A stretch of 64,000 nt of DNA from Glaucostegus cemiculus (lineage: Eukaryota). Shown here piece by piece: positions 50,150 to 61,871 of the stretch. The DNA is taken from the NCBI GenBank assembly GCA_976551045.1, contig CDPCPM010000323.1, positions 2,542,001 to 2,606,000 on the forward strand, in the 5' to 3' direction. The stretch's first letter is position 1. The number at the start of each line of letters is the position of its first letter. Under the pieces are notes generated by a model. That model worked only from the letters and a program-made list of their open reading frames with translations. It made no database searches and had not been told where the DNA came from. The translations under genes and the position numbers were made by a program.

Positions 50150-51000
50150 ATACCTGGGGCAGTTTGCATGCCGAGTATACCTTTGCTTTTCATTCAAACT
50201 TCTGCACTAAATTACCTCAAGGTTTATGGACTGTTGTAATCCTTGCACAAGAGGCCAGAATTGGAGGAATACAGGTGCAGCGGTGTTGGTTGAATGGGAC
50301 TCGGCAGGGGGAAGACATGGGCAACAGAATTTTGGAGGGCTTCAAGTCTAACAAGAGTGGAATGGGGGAGACCTGCCTTGAATATGTCGGAATAGTCACC
50401 GTTAAAGACAACAAAAGCATGGATGAGGATTTCAGCTGCAGATGGGTTGAGGGAGGGCAAGACAGAGGTGATGTCACAGGGGAGGGGCCAGTGTTAATGA
50501 GTATGATGTCCAGACAAACCCTAACTTGGGTCAATATTGCAAACGAGTTGTTTCAGTTCAAGACATTTGCCAGGAGGTCAGTGGCTTGGGACAGTGTCTG
50601 TAACTGGGTCTGAGTCTCTCAATATTTAATTTCTGCTGGTCCAGTACTGAATAAGATCTCTGTCAGTTCAGAGACAGTGGAGGGCCAGGAGAGTTGGTGG
50701 TGAGGTGGACCTGTTTACCCCAAACCACATGGAAACAAACTACTTATTTTCACATAACTTTGCCAAGGAGAAACCTGAAGGTGCAAAAAAGAAGGGGTGC
50801 AGCCATTGGAGTACCAGAGTTAATGGTGCAGGCTTGGGATGAGAAGCCATTACTGGTGATTCTCTGGTTATGAATGGATAGATCGGAGGCAAGTGTGTCC
50901 TCCCCCAGCTGAACAACGGTGGAGAAACATACTTAAGGACAAGGGGAATGCTGACATTATTCTTGCACCAAGACTGATTAGAAATTCCCACAGCACTGCA
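50150..51000 (-). mobile_element. L2 LINE remnant
   Basis: ORF 50224-50460 PSLNPSAAEILIHAFV..DYSD..AGLP..LQNSVAH resembles the L2 RT C-terminus. Confidence 0.75.
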
Positions 51001-51049
51001 CTTCTAGTGCATTGTTTTCATTTAGGGAACAGAACTTATGGTAATTAAA

Positions 51050-51390
51050 GAACCAGTGGTAACGTTATTGGATTGGCAATCCAGAGACGTAGACTGAATC
51101 ATTCAGAACCATGAATCTAAATTTAATTAAAGAACAAATCTAAACTAAAATGCCAACGTCTAACGTAATGGCTGTGAACCAATTGGATGACTGTAAGGAT
51201 TCTTCAACGTACTGTGAAGATGGAGATTTGCTGTCCTTACCTCTTGTGACTCCAGGTCCACAGAGAGTTGGTTGCTTCTTAAATTCCCTCATGCATTCAG
51301 TTGTGCCAAGGTACGATGAACCAAGAAGACAACATTATAGGAAAGTTTGGGATGATCAGTAAATATGTCCATGCCAGTGAATGAATAAAC
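51050..51390 (+). mobile_element. Degenerate SINE-like repeat (family of 1-325)
   Basis: ggagatttgctgtccttacc...gactccaggtccacag motifs shared with 1-325. Confidence 0.45.
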
Positions 51391-53074
51391 AAAAATGATG
51401 GAGATTTAATGAATGAACATAGTTTATTCAAATAAAAATGAAAGTCAGGGTTCACTCTTGTAGCTGCCAACATATCTCAGCTGCAATAAAATTTCAAGTC
51501 ATTGCTTGTTTCCTGCACTAGATATTGAAATGATAGGATGTTCATTAAAGATTGAATAACCACCTATCCAGTGTCCACAGTAGGAACTTAAAGCCTCACA
51601 GACTGACAATTCAATTAGATTTTTATCTCCACTCTGTTAAACCTCTGAACCGAGGATTATGTTGAGACAGCTCACCTCGTCTTCTAGTTAAACAATAGGC
51701 AAGTCTTAAGATTAGCACAGTCCCAACCCATCATTTTGCCGTATTTTAAGAAAGCAATCTCTACATAAACTGAACAGACACTGGATTTGGGCAGTAGGTC
51801 AACAAAACAGGCAGATCAATGATACTTTAGATGTCATTGGCGATTCTTGAGCCATTTTTGCACTAATCATAGCTTTAAGGTCTGTGTGAACATTTAGCAG
51901 AAAGTTTCTGAACTTTCTGCTTATTGGTGGCAACATGGAGAGAGATTATTCATTGTATGTTAATCTTCAAAATGATTAATGATTGCTGAAATTGACAAAA
52001 AACTACTTGAGAAACAGCGGTAGCTCTTCCCAAGATTCACTGTGGTGAAGCCCACATGCAACCACTTACAACGTAAGAGTGTAACATTCAGTTTGCTGAG
52101 AGATTCGCCAGTACGCCAATGATTTTTAAGTCCCTTGTCTGGGAGTCTTTCTGTTCAAGATGTTTGCCTGTTTGGGTTGATTGATTTCTGGAGCACAATT
52201 TATAGATCATTATCATTCATTCAAAGATTTTAAATGTATTTTTTAATCATTCTGCAGCAAGAGACAAATTAAGTTGTGAAAGCAAAGCAGCTAAGATGAC
52301 TTGGCAGAATTAACAGTGAGAAAGCTAAATGGTTTTTTAAATTTTCAGCAGCTGCTTTGTGAAATAGAAAATCATTGGTATCAGTCACGATTTCTTCAGT
52401 TTTTAGTTTAAAATACTTGTGACTTGTAGCAAGAATATTCATTTCTAATATATTCTAATAAAGCTACAAGGTATATTGTTGAAAACATTCGCAACCTTAC
52501 TTTCTGTTAGCACAATATTTGATCGCATTTATTCAGTCTGCATACAACATCAAGTTTTACAATATCAGCTGTCATAGGATGATTTTGGTAGTGCGATGTG
52601 TGCTACTGGATCCTTTAATGAATCCATTGTCATCTTGTAATGTCTTTGTTTCAGAATGTGGGGGTAGGTTTCAGCCTTTAATACCAAGGTGTATGGAATT
52701 TTGATAGGCAAGGGTATCAAGGGATATGGAACTGAGGCAGGTAAATGGAGTTGAAGTACACAGCAGCAATGATCAAACTGAATAGCAGAATATACCCATG
52801 GGCTGAATGCTCTATTCCTTTTCCTGTTTAAATCAACCGACTGTGGAAATTGGCACCATCGCTTTATTTGTAAATGACTGTTTTTGCTAAAGCACGTTAT
52901 TTTGGTCCTTTTATGCTTTCTTTATGAAAGTATGTTATTTTTTTGGATTGAGGTGTAATCATCAAAACAAAATGGTTTACTGTATAAACAGTGCAATTCA
53001 GCAATTCTGTGAACTATAAATATGAATATGTATTTTGTTTAGTAAATTAAGCTAAGCAGAAACAGGTCTAACAT

Positions 53075-53155
53075 AAAATAAAAACAGAAAATGCTGGAAA
53101 TACTCAGCAGGACAGGCAGCGTCTGTGGAAAGAGAAACAGTTTCAGATCACAGAC
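53075..53155 (-). mobile_element. pLTR fragment
   Basis: aaaacagaaaatgctggaaatactcagcagg. Confidence 0.7.
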
Positions 53156-53799
53156 CATTGCCTCATGCTACGCTTTGAATGTATTGATCGTGGTAGGAAG
53201 CTGATTGGCCTTTTATCTCGAGGACCTGGATATAAACCCAGGCAAAACAGGAGGAATGAAAGTCTCCTCTCTCAGCTGGTGGTCAGAAACTTATCAGAAA
53301 CGAGTTGAGCAGTTTGCAGACAGCTCTGAATGCCTCTTATTGCCCCCAGTTTGTGATTAAGTTTGTACTCACACTTGGAGGTTGTTGGAGAAATAGAAAC
53401 ACATTTGAAATCATGCTGAGCTATATTCTTTGAGCAGAGTAAAAATGAGTTAATGGTGTCTTGTAATTTATTGGAGTTGAATAATACCCAGTGTGTAAAA
53501 AATGAAGGCTGTTCCATTTTATTGCAGGAGCATCTTTAGCTCATTGAACACTTGGTTCAGGAGAAAATTGCACCAAAAAGGAACAGAAATAAATGGCAAG
53601 AGACTCAATACTGGGAATTGACTGCACACTTCTGATGTATAGCAGGAACGTTTCCTACCCCTCTGTGTATTGACTCAGTTTTTTCCTTTTCTGCTTATGC
53701 AGTCTAGCTGTTAGGAATGTCCTACAAACTTACTGTCAGCAATATTACATAGAAGTATAATCAGATCCTAAGTGCCACGTTATTGCCACATTTACTCAT

Positions 53800-53990
53800 T
53801 TGGTCTCACCCTATCAGACATAGTCCCTTTGCTCTACCCTCCCTTCCCCACCTTCTCTGTTTCTGAAGATTAACTTGTTTCTCTCTTTCCCAGTTCTGAC
53901 AATGGGTCCTGGACCCAAAGTGTTAACTGTTTCCCTTTCCATAGATTCCGCCTTCCTAGCCTACTGAGTGTTTCCAGCATTTTGTTTTTT
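53800..53990 (+). mobile_element. Penelope 3'/pLTR fragment with decayed hammerhead
   Basis: cagttCTGACAAtgggtcctggacccAAAGtgttaactg. Confidence 0.7.
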
Positions 53991-54044
53991 ATGATCACCT
54001 CTATTATTCCAGCATTGGGGGTTTATCATCATCTGCATGAAAAG

Positions 54045-54400
54045 AGAAACAAACTATGTGTATTTGTTTTGCACTTTTCACTAGCTCAGGATGTACCATA
54101 GCTCTTTATAATGAAATAATTCTAAGTTGGTGTCACTTGTAATGTAGGACACCTGACAACTGGTCAGTACACACCAAGGTCCCACAAACGGTGGAGCATA
54201 TTGAAGAGTTAACCTTCTTCATTATTGTTGGATGAGAGATAGATATTGTCCAGGACACTGTGCAGAAGTGGCCCATTTCACTAAAGGTAACGTGGTGGCA
54301 TCTTGTCCCCTCCACCTGAATGAATGGTTTATTATCTAACCGATTATGTAGTGCCTGTGCTGTGCAGCAACCCCTGGTGTCCTACCCAATGACGTCTGCT
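54045..54400 (-). mobile_element. Deu-domain SINE
   Basis: ggtcccacaaac...tggatgagagatagatattgtccaggacac. Confidence 0.6.
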
Positions 54401-54409
54401 GTTCATAAG

Positions 54410-54550
54410 AATAAACATGAGAACTTGGAGCAGGAATAGGCCATTCAGCCCCTCCTGCCTGTTCCCTCATTCAATAAGATCATGACTGATCTTTTATCTC
54501 AGCTCCACTTTCCTGCACGAAACCTCCTGTCCCTTGGTTCCTTTAATGTC
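54410..54550 (-). mobile_element. CR1 3' tail
   Basis: ggagcaggaataggccattcagcccctc...ttcaataagatcatgactgatc. Confidence 0.75.
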
Positions 54551-55591
54551 ACCCTGTCACCAAGTTAAATCTCCTCCTGTCCCCACTCTTGTCAGCTTTA
54601 TCCCTCTCTTATAGCTCTTCCCCTGCTCCCTCCCCTCAACTCTCCATTCCCTGGCCTCATCATCTGTTACCCAGCTTCATACAACTGACAAGCAAAGGGT
54701 CAGCTTCGGTTTTGAATACTGATGATACCCATCTCAATGTCCATACTGCTTCTGCTAGTGCTGTCTGAGATGGCAGTCCAACCTCTGTCCTTATAGCAGT
54801 AGATTCCCCAAAATTCTACTGTCCACACACTGTCGTTTTCTAATTACCCCTGTGCATGGTATCTCCTTTGATTAATCGTCTTGTATTTAAGTCCTAAACA
54901 GGTTCACTCCCTTCTCTCAATATAATGGCCCCTGCCACCCTCAGCTCTGTCTCTCTCCTCCCGCACCACCTGGGCTTAGTTTGGTTTTGCACCTGTATAA
55001 ACTACCTTGAGGCAGATTCTAAGGTGCAAGTCAATAAACTATTTTTCTGCATTTCTTTGTAACATTTCTCTTAGAATAGTGTAGTGAAGTCCTGTGAATA
55101 ATTGGCCCCATCCTAATGGTTATTACAGGTAGACGGTTATCCATGACACTTGCCTCGCTATGGAGTCCCCATATATTTTTTCACCACTATGGCCTTTGAG
55201 ACAAGCTTGAAAATTAAAAAGGACTTTCATCCGACAGCTGCTTGAAATTCTTGTGCGAGGAAGACTCCAGGCGAGGGTTGTCACTGCTGCTTGATTGATG
55301 TCTAATATTTTGTAATCTGCTTGTCACCAGCTGCAGCCCAGGCACTGACTGGAAGCCCATGCCTTCATTAGAAGGGCTCAGCACTTCTGCTCCTTGCAGC
55401 TGCTTCTTCTGATTAACTGAGTGACAACAGCTCAAGGCTACTCACTATAGTGTGTAGGGGAAGAATGTGCATGTTTGAATGGGTGTCTGATTCATGTGAC
55501 ACCAACTGGCGTGAAGTATTGCACTCAGTAACATGGGACATAGTTCTTCCTATTTCCTTACAACATTGAAGGAGGCACTTCAGCCCATCAA

Positions 55592-55901
55592 GGGGCAGGC
55601 CTGGTAGTGCAGGGGGCAGGCACGATAGTGCAGCGGTTAGCTTTACAGCACCAGTGACCTGGGTTCAAATCCAGCCACTGTCTGTAGGGAGTTTGTATGT
55701 TCTCCCCGTGTCTGTGTGGGTTTCCTCCAGGTGCTCTGGTTTCCTCCCACATTCCAAAGACGTACAGGTTAGGAAGATGAGGGCATGCTATGGTGGCGCT
55801 GGAAGTGTGGCGACACTTGTGGGCTGCCCCCAGAACACTCTATGCAAAAGATGCATTTCACTGTGTACTTTGATGTACATGTGACTACTAAAGATATCTA
55901 T
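55592..55901 (+). mobile_element. Young V-SINE, tail A, duplicated head, nested in an older antisense SINE tail
   Basis: tcaag flanks both ends; the host reads cagcccatcaag...tctatgctagctctcag across the insertion. Confidence 0.88.
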
Positions 55902-55924
55902 CTCAAGTCTATGCTAGCTCTCAG

Positions 55925-56160
55925 AGAAATCCCATCCCCCCACTAATTTTCCCTCCAACCGATTCTCCCCATATTCTGCCACCAGCCTGCACTACAGGCA
56001 GTCTACATTGGCCCATTAACATACTGAACCGCACATCTTTGGGATGTGAGAAGTACCCGGAGCACCTAGAGGAAACCAACTCAGTCACAGAGAGAATGTG
56101 CAAACTCCACACAGACAGCACTGGAGGTCAGGATTGAATCTGGAACACTGGAACAGTGCT
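55925..56160 (-). mobile_element. Older V-SINE
   Basis: ccggagcacctagaggaaacc...caaactccacacagacagc. Confidence 0.8.
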
Positions 56161-57029
56161 ACCCTGTAGAGTGCCTAGGTTTGCTTCCTATAGAGGAAGA
56201 CCTGTGAGGGGAAAGTTAGATGCATGGAAGATATCTGACACTTTTATCCCTTTCCATAATTCAGTTCCTGTGTAGTAATTGCAGCACAAGGAGGTGGGTG
56301 ATACTTCACTTTACCTGTAGATCTGCATCTAAAAGAAGCCCATTGCAACAGCAGGTAGAGATGCACACTCGGTATGATTCCTTCCCCAGTCCCCCACCTC
56401 AAGGTAACCCATCCTGCATTAATTGTCCAATTTTAAAGCGTAGGCATTGTTCTCATGAAGGAAACACAACAGCCAGTTTTCAGTTAGCAAGATCTCACAA
56501 GGAGCGGAGGAGTGGGCAAATAGCCTACACCTCTCCTTGCTTTCCCAATTAGTACAAACATATTAGCAGATTCAACCTGTGAAAAGTTAGATCAATAATA
56601 ATTACTGGTCTTAATATTGCTGATTATGTTGACAGAATTGCCGTTGGCAGACAGAGCTGCATAGTGCACGGACTTAACATTCAATCTTATTGTTCAAAAT
56701 TACAAATGATATATCTGGATCTCCCTACTTCATTTACGTTTTGTTATACTTTCGACCATTTTTCTGTAAATCAGCCAAGTTTCCTCATGAACAATTTTAT
56801 CAGATTAAGATAACCAGACAATCAACATTGTACCTTATGGTAAATGCCTGGTCTCCCATCTTTGTTGTCTTGTAAGTTACTTGGCTGGGTTGGATTCGGT
56901 TACTTCCGTGCTTTCTTTGTTTTGCTCCGAACTTATATTGAAATCCAAATGCAATACTTTGGCACATTTCCCCAAACATGAGCCAGTGCCATAACACTGT
57001 CAGCTGGTTCAACAAAAGGAAAATTGCAA

Positions 57030-57250
57030 CTGAGCCTTATTTTAGCTGTTATGATCTGGAATACACGACCTGAAAGGGTGCTGGAGACAGATTCAACAGT
57101 AACTTTCAAAATGGAATTGGAATAAATACTGTAAAGGGCATGGTTACTGGCATAGAACAGGGGATTGGGACTAATTTGAAAGCTCTTTCAACGATCTGGC
57201 ACAGACAGAATGAACTGATTTGTCACCCTCTGTGCTGTGTCTTTCCACAC
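57030..57250 (+). mobile_element. CR1 3' end
   Basis: atctggaatacacgacctgaaagggtgctggag...ctctgtgctgtg. Confidence 0.7.
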
Positions 57251-57634
57251 TCTGTCCAACACAGACTTCCAGCAGTGTCATTGGATGTAATGTGTGCACC
57301 CAGGCAGGTATCTTAAATGGAATAAGCAGGAGCTGGCTGCATACTTTGCTTTCCCTGGCTGAGATAGCTTAACACAACCTCAACTGAGGCCTGAATTTTT
57401 ATTATATATGTAAGTGAGTCTCCTTGTTACACTAACTACTGAAGATCACATAAATGCACATGCATACCTGTGGTTTGAACTTTACTATCAAGCCTTCAAC
57501 TTCAGGCCTAAATCTTTTTGAATGTGGTACAGATTTACCAGGAAATCAGGTATTTTGATTGCAAGCTTAACAAGCTGTGAATAAATCCATCCAGTTCCCA
57601 AACCTGTCCATCATTTGCTACCATTTCACTATTT

Positions 57635-58205
57635 CATATTGGTTTATTTTTGTCACATGTACTGAGGTACAGGGAAAAGCTTTTGTTTATTTGCCATCTA
57701 GGCAGATCGTGCCATACATAAGTACATTGAGATCGTAAAAAGAAAACAGATTGCAGAATATAGTGTTGCAGCTACAGAGAAAGTGCAGTGCAGGTGGACA
57801 AATAAAATGCAAGGGCTATGACGAGGTCGATTAGGAGTTCAAAAATTCATCATTAGCGTATGAGAGTCTGATAACAGTTGGATAGAAGCTATCCTTGAGT
57901 CTGGTGGTGTGGTGCTTTCAAGTTTTTGTATCTTCTGCCTGATGGGAGAGGAGAGAATGACCCGGGTGGGAGGGGTCCGTGATTATATTGGTTGCTTTTC
58001 AAAGGAAACGGGAAGCGCAGACAGAGTCAATGGCGGGGAGATTGGTTTGTGTGCTGGACGGGGCTGTGTTCATAATTCTGCATTTTCTTGCAGTCTTGGG
58101 CAGAGCAGTTGCCATACCAAGCTATGATGCATCCGGATAGGATGTTTTCTGTGGTGCATCTGTAAACATTGGTCACTGGGGACATGCCAAACTTCCTTAG
58201 GCTTG
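57635..58205 (-). mobile_element. Older Rex1/Babar-clade LINE 3' fragment
   Basis: Minus-strand ORF LRKFGMSPVTNVYRCTTENILSGCIIAWYGNC; tail gtacatgtgacaaaaataaa on the minus strand. Confidence 0.8.
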
Positions 58206-58334
58206 CCATTCCTTTAGCATTCACTTAAACAAAGGAAAGCATGGGCCACAAGTGGTTTTCTTTCTGATTTGTGAGGAGAGGATGTCAGTGGTCTTTAAAC
58301 AGCCAGATGTTTTAGTCTGGTTCCAAACATTGGA

Positions 58335-58926
58335 GGGTGACACAGTGATGCCTCACAGCTCCAGCCAGCCGGGTTGAATCCTGACCTCTGCTACTGTCTG
58401 TGTGGAGTTTGTACATTCTCCCTGTGGCCACACCAGTTCTCCCCAGGTGCTCTGATTTCCTCCCACATCCAAAAAATGTGTGGGCTGGTAGTTTAATGGA
58501 CCGCTGTAAATTGTGTATGTGAGAGAGAGAATCTGGGAAGGAGTTGATGAGAAAAGAACATAGAACATTACAGCACAGTACAGGCCCTTCGGCCCACAAT
58601 GTTGTACTGACATTTTATCCTGCTCTAAGATTTATCCAACCCTTCCCTCCCACATAGCCCTCCAATTCTCTATCATTCATGTGTCTATGTAAGAGTCTCT
58701 TAAATATCCCTAATGTATCTGCCCCCACAACCTCTGCCAGCAGTGTGTTCCACACACCCACCAACTTACCTCTGACATCCCCCTTATATCTTTCTCTAGT
58801 CACCTTAAAATTATGCCCCCTCGTGTTAGCCATTGTCGCCTGGGAAAAAGTCTCTGACTGTCCACTCAACAGTGGGGAGAATAAATGGGTTAGTGTAGGG
58901 TTAGTGTAGGATTAGTGTAAAACTGG
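58335..58926 (+). mobile_element. Older V-SINE split by a CR1 insertion
   Basis: Head and V-domain at 58335-58554; resumes gtggggagaataaatggg at ~58872. Confidence 0.75.
58555..58868 (-). mobile_element. Young CR1 3' end
   Basis: agaacatagaacattacagcacagtacaggcccttcggccc; ORF ANTRGHNFKV...WNTL. Confidence 0.88.
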
Positions 58927-59039
58927 GTATTGGCTTGAGGACAGCTCTCATAATTGAAAGATTTTCCCACAAACATAGAATGGAGTACAGCTGAGTGGTT
59001 TCCACATGAGGGATCCTAGACCACAGAGATGGGCTGAAG

Positions 59040-59266
59040 GAGAGACAGGAGACTGCAGATGCTGGAATCTGGAGCAACAAACAATCTGCTGGAGGAACTC
59101 AGTGGGTCGAGCAGCATCTGTGTAGGGAAAGGAATTGTTGATGTGTCAGGTCAAAACCCAGCACCAGTCCTGATCCACGGTTTTGACCTGAAACATTGAC
59201 AGTTCCTTCCCCCGCGCCCCCCCCACAGATGCTGCTCAACCTGCTGAGTTCCTCCAGCAGATTGTC
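59040..59266. mobile_element. Fold-back pLTR element
   Basis: Inverted arms; TSD tgggctga (59030-59037 / 59269-59276). Confidence 0.82.
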
Positions 59267-59375
59267 AGTGGGCTGATTGTTAGTGATTGTTTCTGTGCTG
59301 TGTCGCTCTTTGAGTCCACAAAATTAAAATGTTATAACTTGACTTACCTTTTCATGAACGACAACAGCCCTGTTG

Positions 59376-59668
59376 ATAAGATAAGGTATCTTTATTAGTC
59401 GCATGTACATCGAAACACACAGTGAAATACATCTTTTGCGTAGGGTATTCTGGGGGCAGCCCACAAGTGTCACCATGCTTCCAGTGCCAACGTAGAATGC
59501 CCACAACGTCCTAACTTGTACACCTTTGGAAAGTGGGAGGAAACCGGAGCACCCAGAAGAAACCCACACAGACATGGGGAGAACGTACAAACTCCTTACA
59601 GACAGTGGCCGGATTTGAACCTGAGTCGCTGGCGCTGTAAAACGTTATGCTAACCACTACATTGTTGG
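59376..59668 (-). mobile_element. Young V-SINE, tail A
   Basis: Antisense, near full length. Confidence 0.9.
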
Positions 59669-60779
59669 CCATTTGGAATTGAGAACTGGATGGGAGGGGC
59701 ATGCAGGCCCTGGGCTCAGTCCGATCTGGGCCCCCACCGAACTCAGTGGTGAGTGCAGCAGTGGAGCAGAAGGTCAGGTGCACCAGCAACTGACGTCAGG
59801 AACTTGTCCTGCTTCTGCATTGCAGAGTTCAGGTACAGACATTGAAGATTCATCACTATGTCTGCTAGATGTTGAGCTGTCCCAGTGCCTCAGATTGGAG
59901 TAAGCAGTGACTCAGCCTATCTGAACCCTGCCCGAATCACTCACACACCACTGTCGTTTGTCAGCTATGACTCACTTAAAAGAACATTTCCCTGTACACT
60001 CAACATGTTCAGACTGAGGTGAGATAGGGTAATAATTAAGATGGGCAAGCTAAGGAGTGTGCCATGATAACCATCGCAATTACTGAAAAGAACAAAGAAC
60101 TCTCCCTTGTCTCAGCTCTTATCTGATTCAAACTTGAGACCATTTCGTTCAACGCAAAGCAATTAAAGATTCTGTCTCTGTGAAGCTAGCTTTCTTTTCA
60201 AAGAGATTCAAGGTTCAGTTGCTGAACAAATGATTACTAGTTTGGAGTAAAGATACAGATAAAACAGATTAGATATAGCAGTGGTGAAAGTGTGTGATGT
60301 ACAGCTTACAGTACTTAAGAAAAAATTGCAAAATCTATCTGACCATGTGCGAAGCCTGCACTGTTTATTAGAACAGGTCCGATGGGAATAAATGTACTCA
60401 CCGTTAAATACTACATGTGTAGGAGCTGCCAATATGTACCAGGCATTTGAAGGGTTAATCCAGACAGTGTAACAGGATGGAAAGAGTTTGAAGTATTGGC
60501 TTGAGGACAGCTCTCATAATTGAAAGGTTTTCCCACAAACATAGAATGGAGTACAGCTGAGTGGTTTCCACATGAGGGATTCCAGAGCACAGTGCTGGCC
60601 TGCAGGTCTCCTTAATGTAGAGAAGAAAGTGGGCACTTGTGGATGAACTTGAAAATGAAATGTTTCAGAGTCCTGCCCTGAAGTGCTGACAGACCAGTAC
60701 TTTGTGTGCAGCTTTGTGTTGCTGACTCTGGTTTACTTCCTCCTGGAGGTTTCAGTACATCACAATGGGGCACATACAT

Positions 60780-61080
60780 GAGCACGTGTGTGCATGCGTA
60801 CATACACATAAACACACACACACACGACATCCTCAGAACCACACACACACACACACTCACACTCACACTCCCTCACACTCACATGCACACCACTCACATG
60901 CCCCACGCACACTTGAGAACCTCANNNNNNNNNNNNNNNNNNNNNNNNNNNNNNNNNNNNNNNNNNNNNNNNNNNNNNNNNNNNNNNNNNNNNNNNNNNN
61001 NNNNNNNNNNNNNNNNNNNNNNNNNNNNNNNNNNNNNNNNNNNNNNNNNNNNNNNNNNNNNNNNNNNNNNNNNNNNNNNN
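60780..61080. other. (CA)-rich tract followed by an assembly gap (156 N, 60925-61080)
   Basis: Seen directly in the sequence. Confidence 0.95.
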
Positions 61081-61634
61081 CACATTTTTGTTAAGCTGCC
61101 TGTTGTTTGTCTCCTGGGTTGCTCAGAGCAGTCATGAGAGGTTTATACTTCCCAAGGACAGAAGTGTATACCCATTTGTTTATTACACAGGACTGATAAC
61201 TCTGCTCTGTTTTTCCTGCACATTCCTCTTCTCTATCATACTGTGGATTCAGTTGTATGGTGATTATCCACAGAATGTGAGTTCATACTATCCCTGTGGG
61301 AATTTAATTCGTGAATTAAGTTTTCAGTCCAGAACTACCTGACCTCTTCTAGGCACAGTGACTGAACAGCTCTTGGATTAGTGTAAAATCCCAGCTGGTT
61401 TATCAGTATCCTTTGGGGAATTATACACATTTACCTCAACTGGACAATAGGTAACCACAATCTCACGCCACAGTAATTGGTCTGAGTTAATGCAGAATGG
61501 TCTTGTGCAGGCACAGAGGCAATGATAGTGTGCAGCACACAGACCCAAACACCACTTCCAAGATACTCAGTTGTCCATGCATGGACCAAACCCAAAGACA
61601 GGCTTCAGTGCTTAGCGGCCTGCTTCAGTGTGAC

Positions 61635-61871
61635 TTAAAGAGAACTTTCCTTAGCCCATCCGAAGGCATTGCTGGAAACCTCACAAAGGTAGGTCCCCTT
61701 TAAGTTAGGGATGTAACAGGCTCACACCAAAGGTTTGAATGCAGATGGTAGCCTGATGCTCCTGCTGAGGATTACTACTATGGAGTCTGTTACATCCCTA
61801 AGCTAAAGGGGACCCACCTTTGTGCAGTTTTCAGGACTGTCCTGGGACTTGCTCAGAAAAGTTCCCTTTAA
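61635..61871. repeat. Inverted repeat, ~89-bp arms with a ~59-bp spacer
   Basis: 61635-61723 versus 61783-61871; core cacaaaggtaggtcccctttaagttagggatgtaacaggctc / gagtctgttacatccctaagctaaaggggacccacctttgtg. Confidence 0.85.

Larger units (their letters stand above)
58927..60580 (+). repeat. 88-bp direct repeat pair (58927-59014 and 60493-60580)
   Basis: Identical except gaaagAtttt versus gaaagGtttt; offset 1566 bp. Confidence 0.9.

Noticed and set aside
58927-60580. The 88-bp direct repeats as LTRs of a TRIM-like element
   Set aside because: No TG..CA termini, PBS, PPT or flanking TSD; the interior is unrelated repeats and unique DNA.
60706-61137. His/Thr-rich ORFs
   Set aside because: Artefacts of the CA repeat and the N gap.
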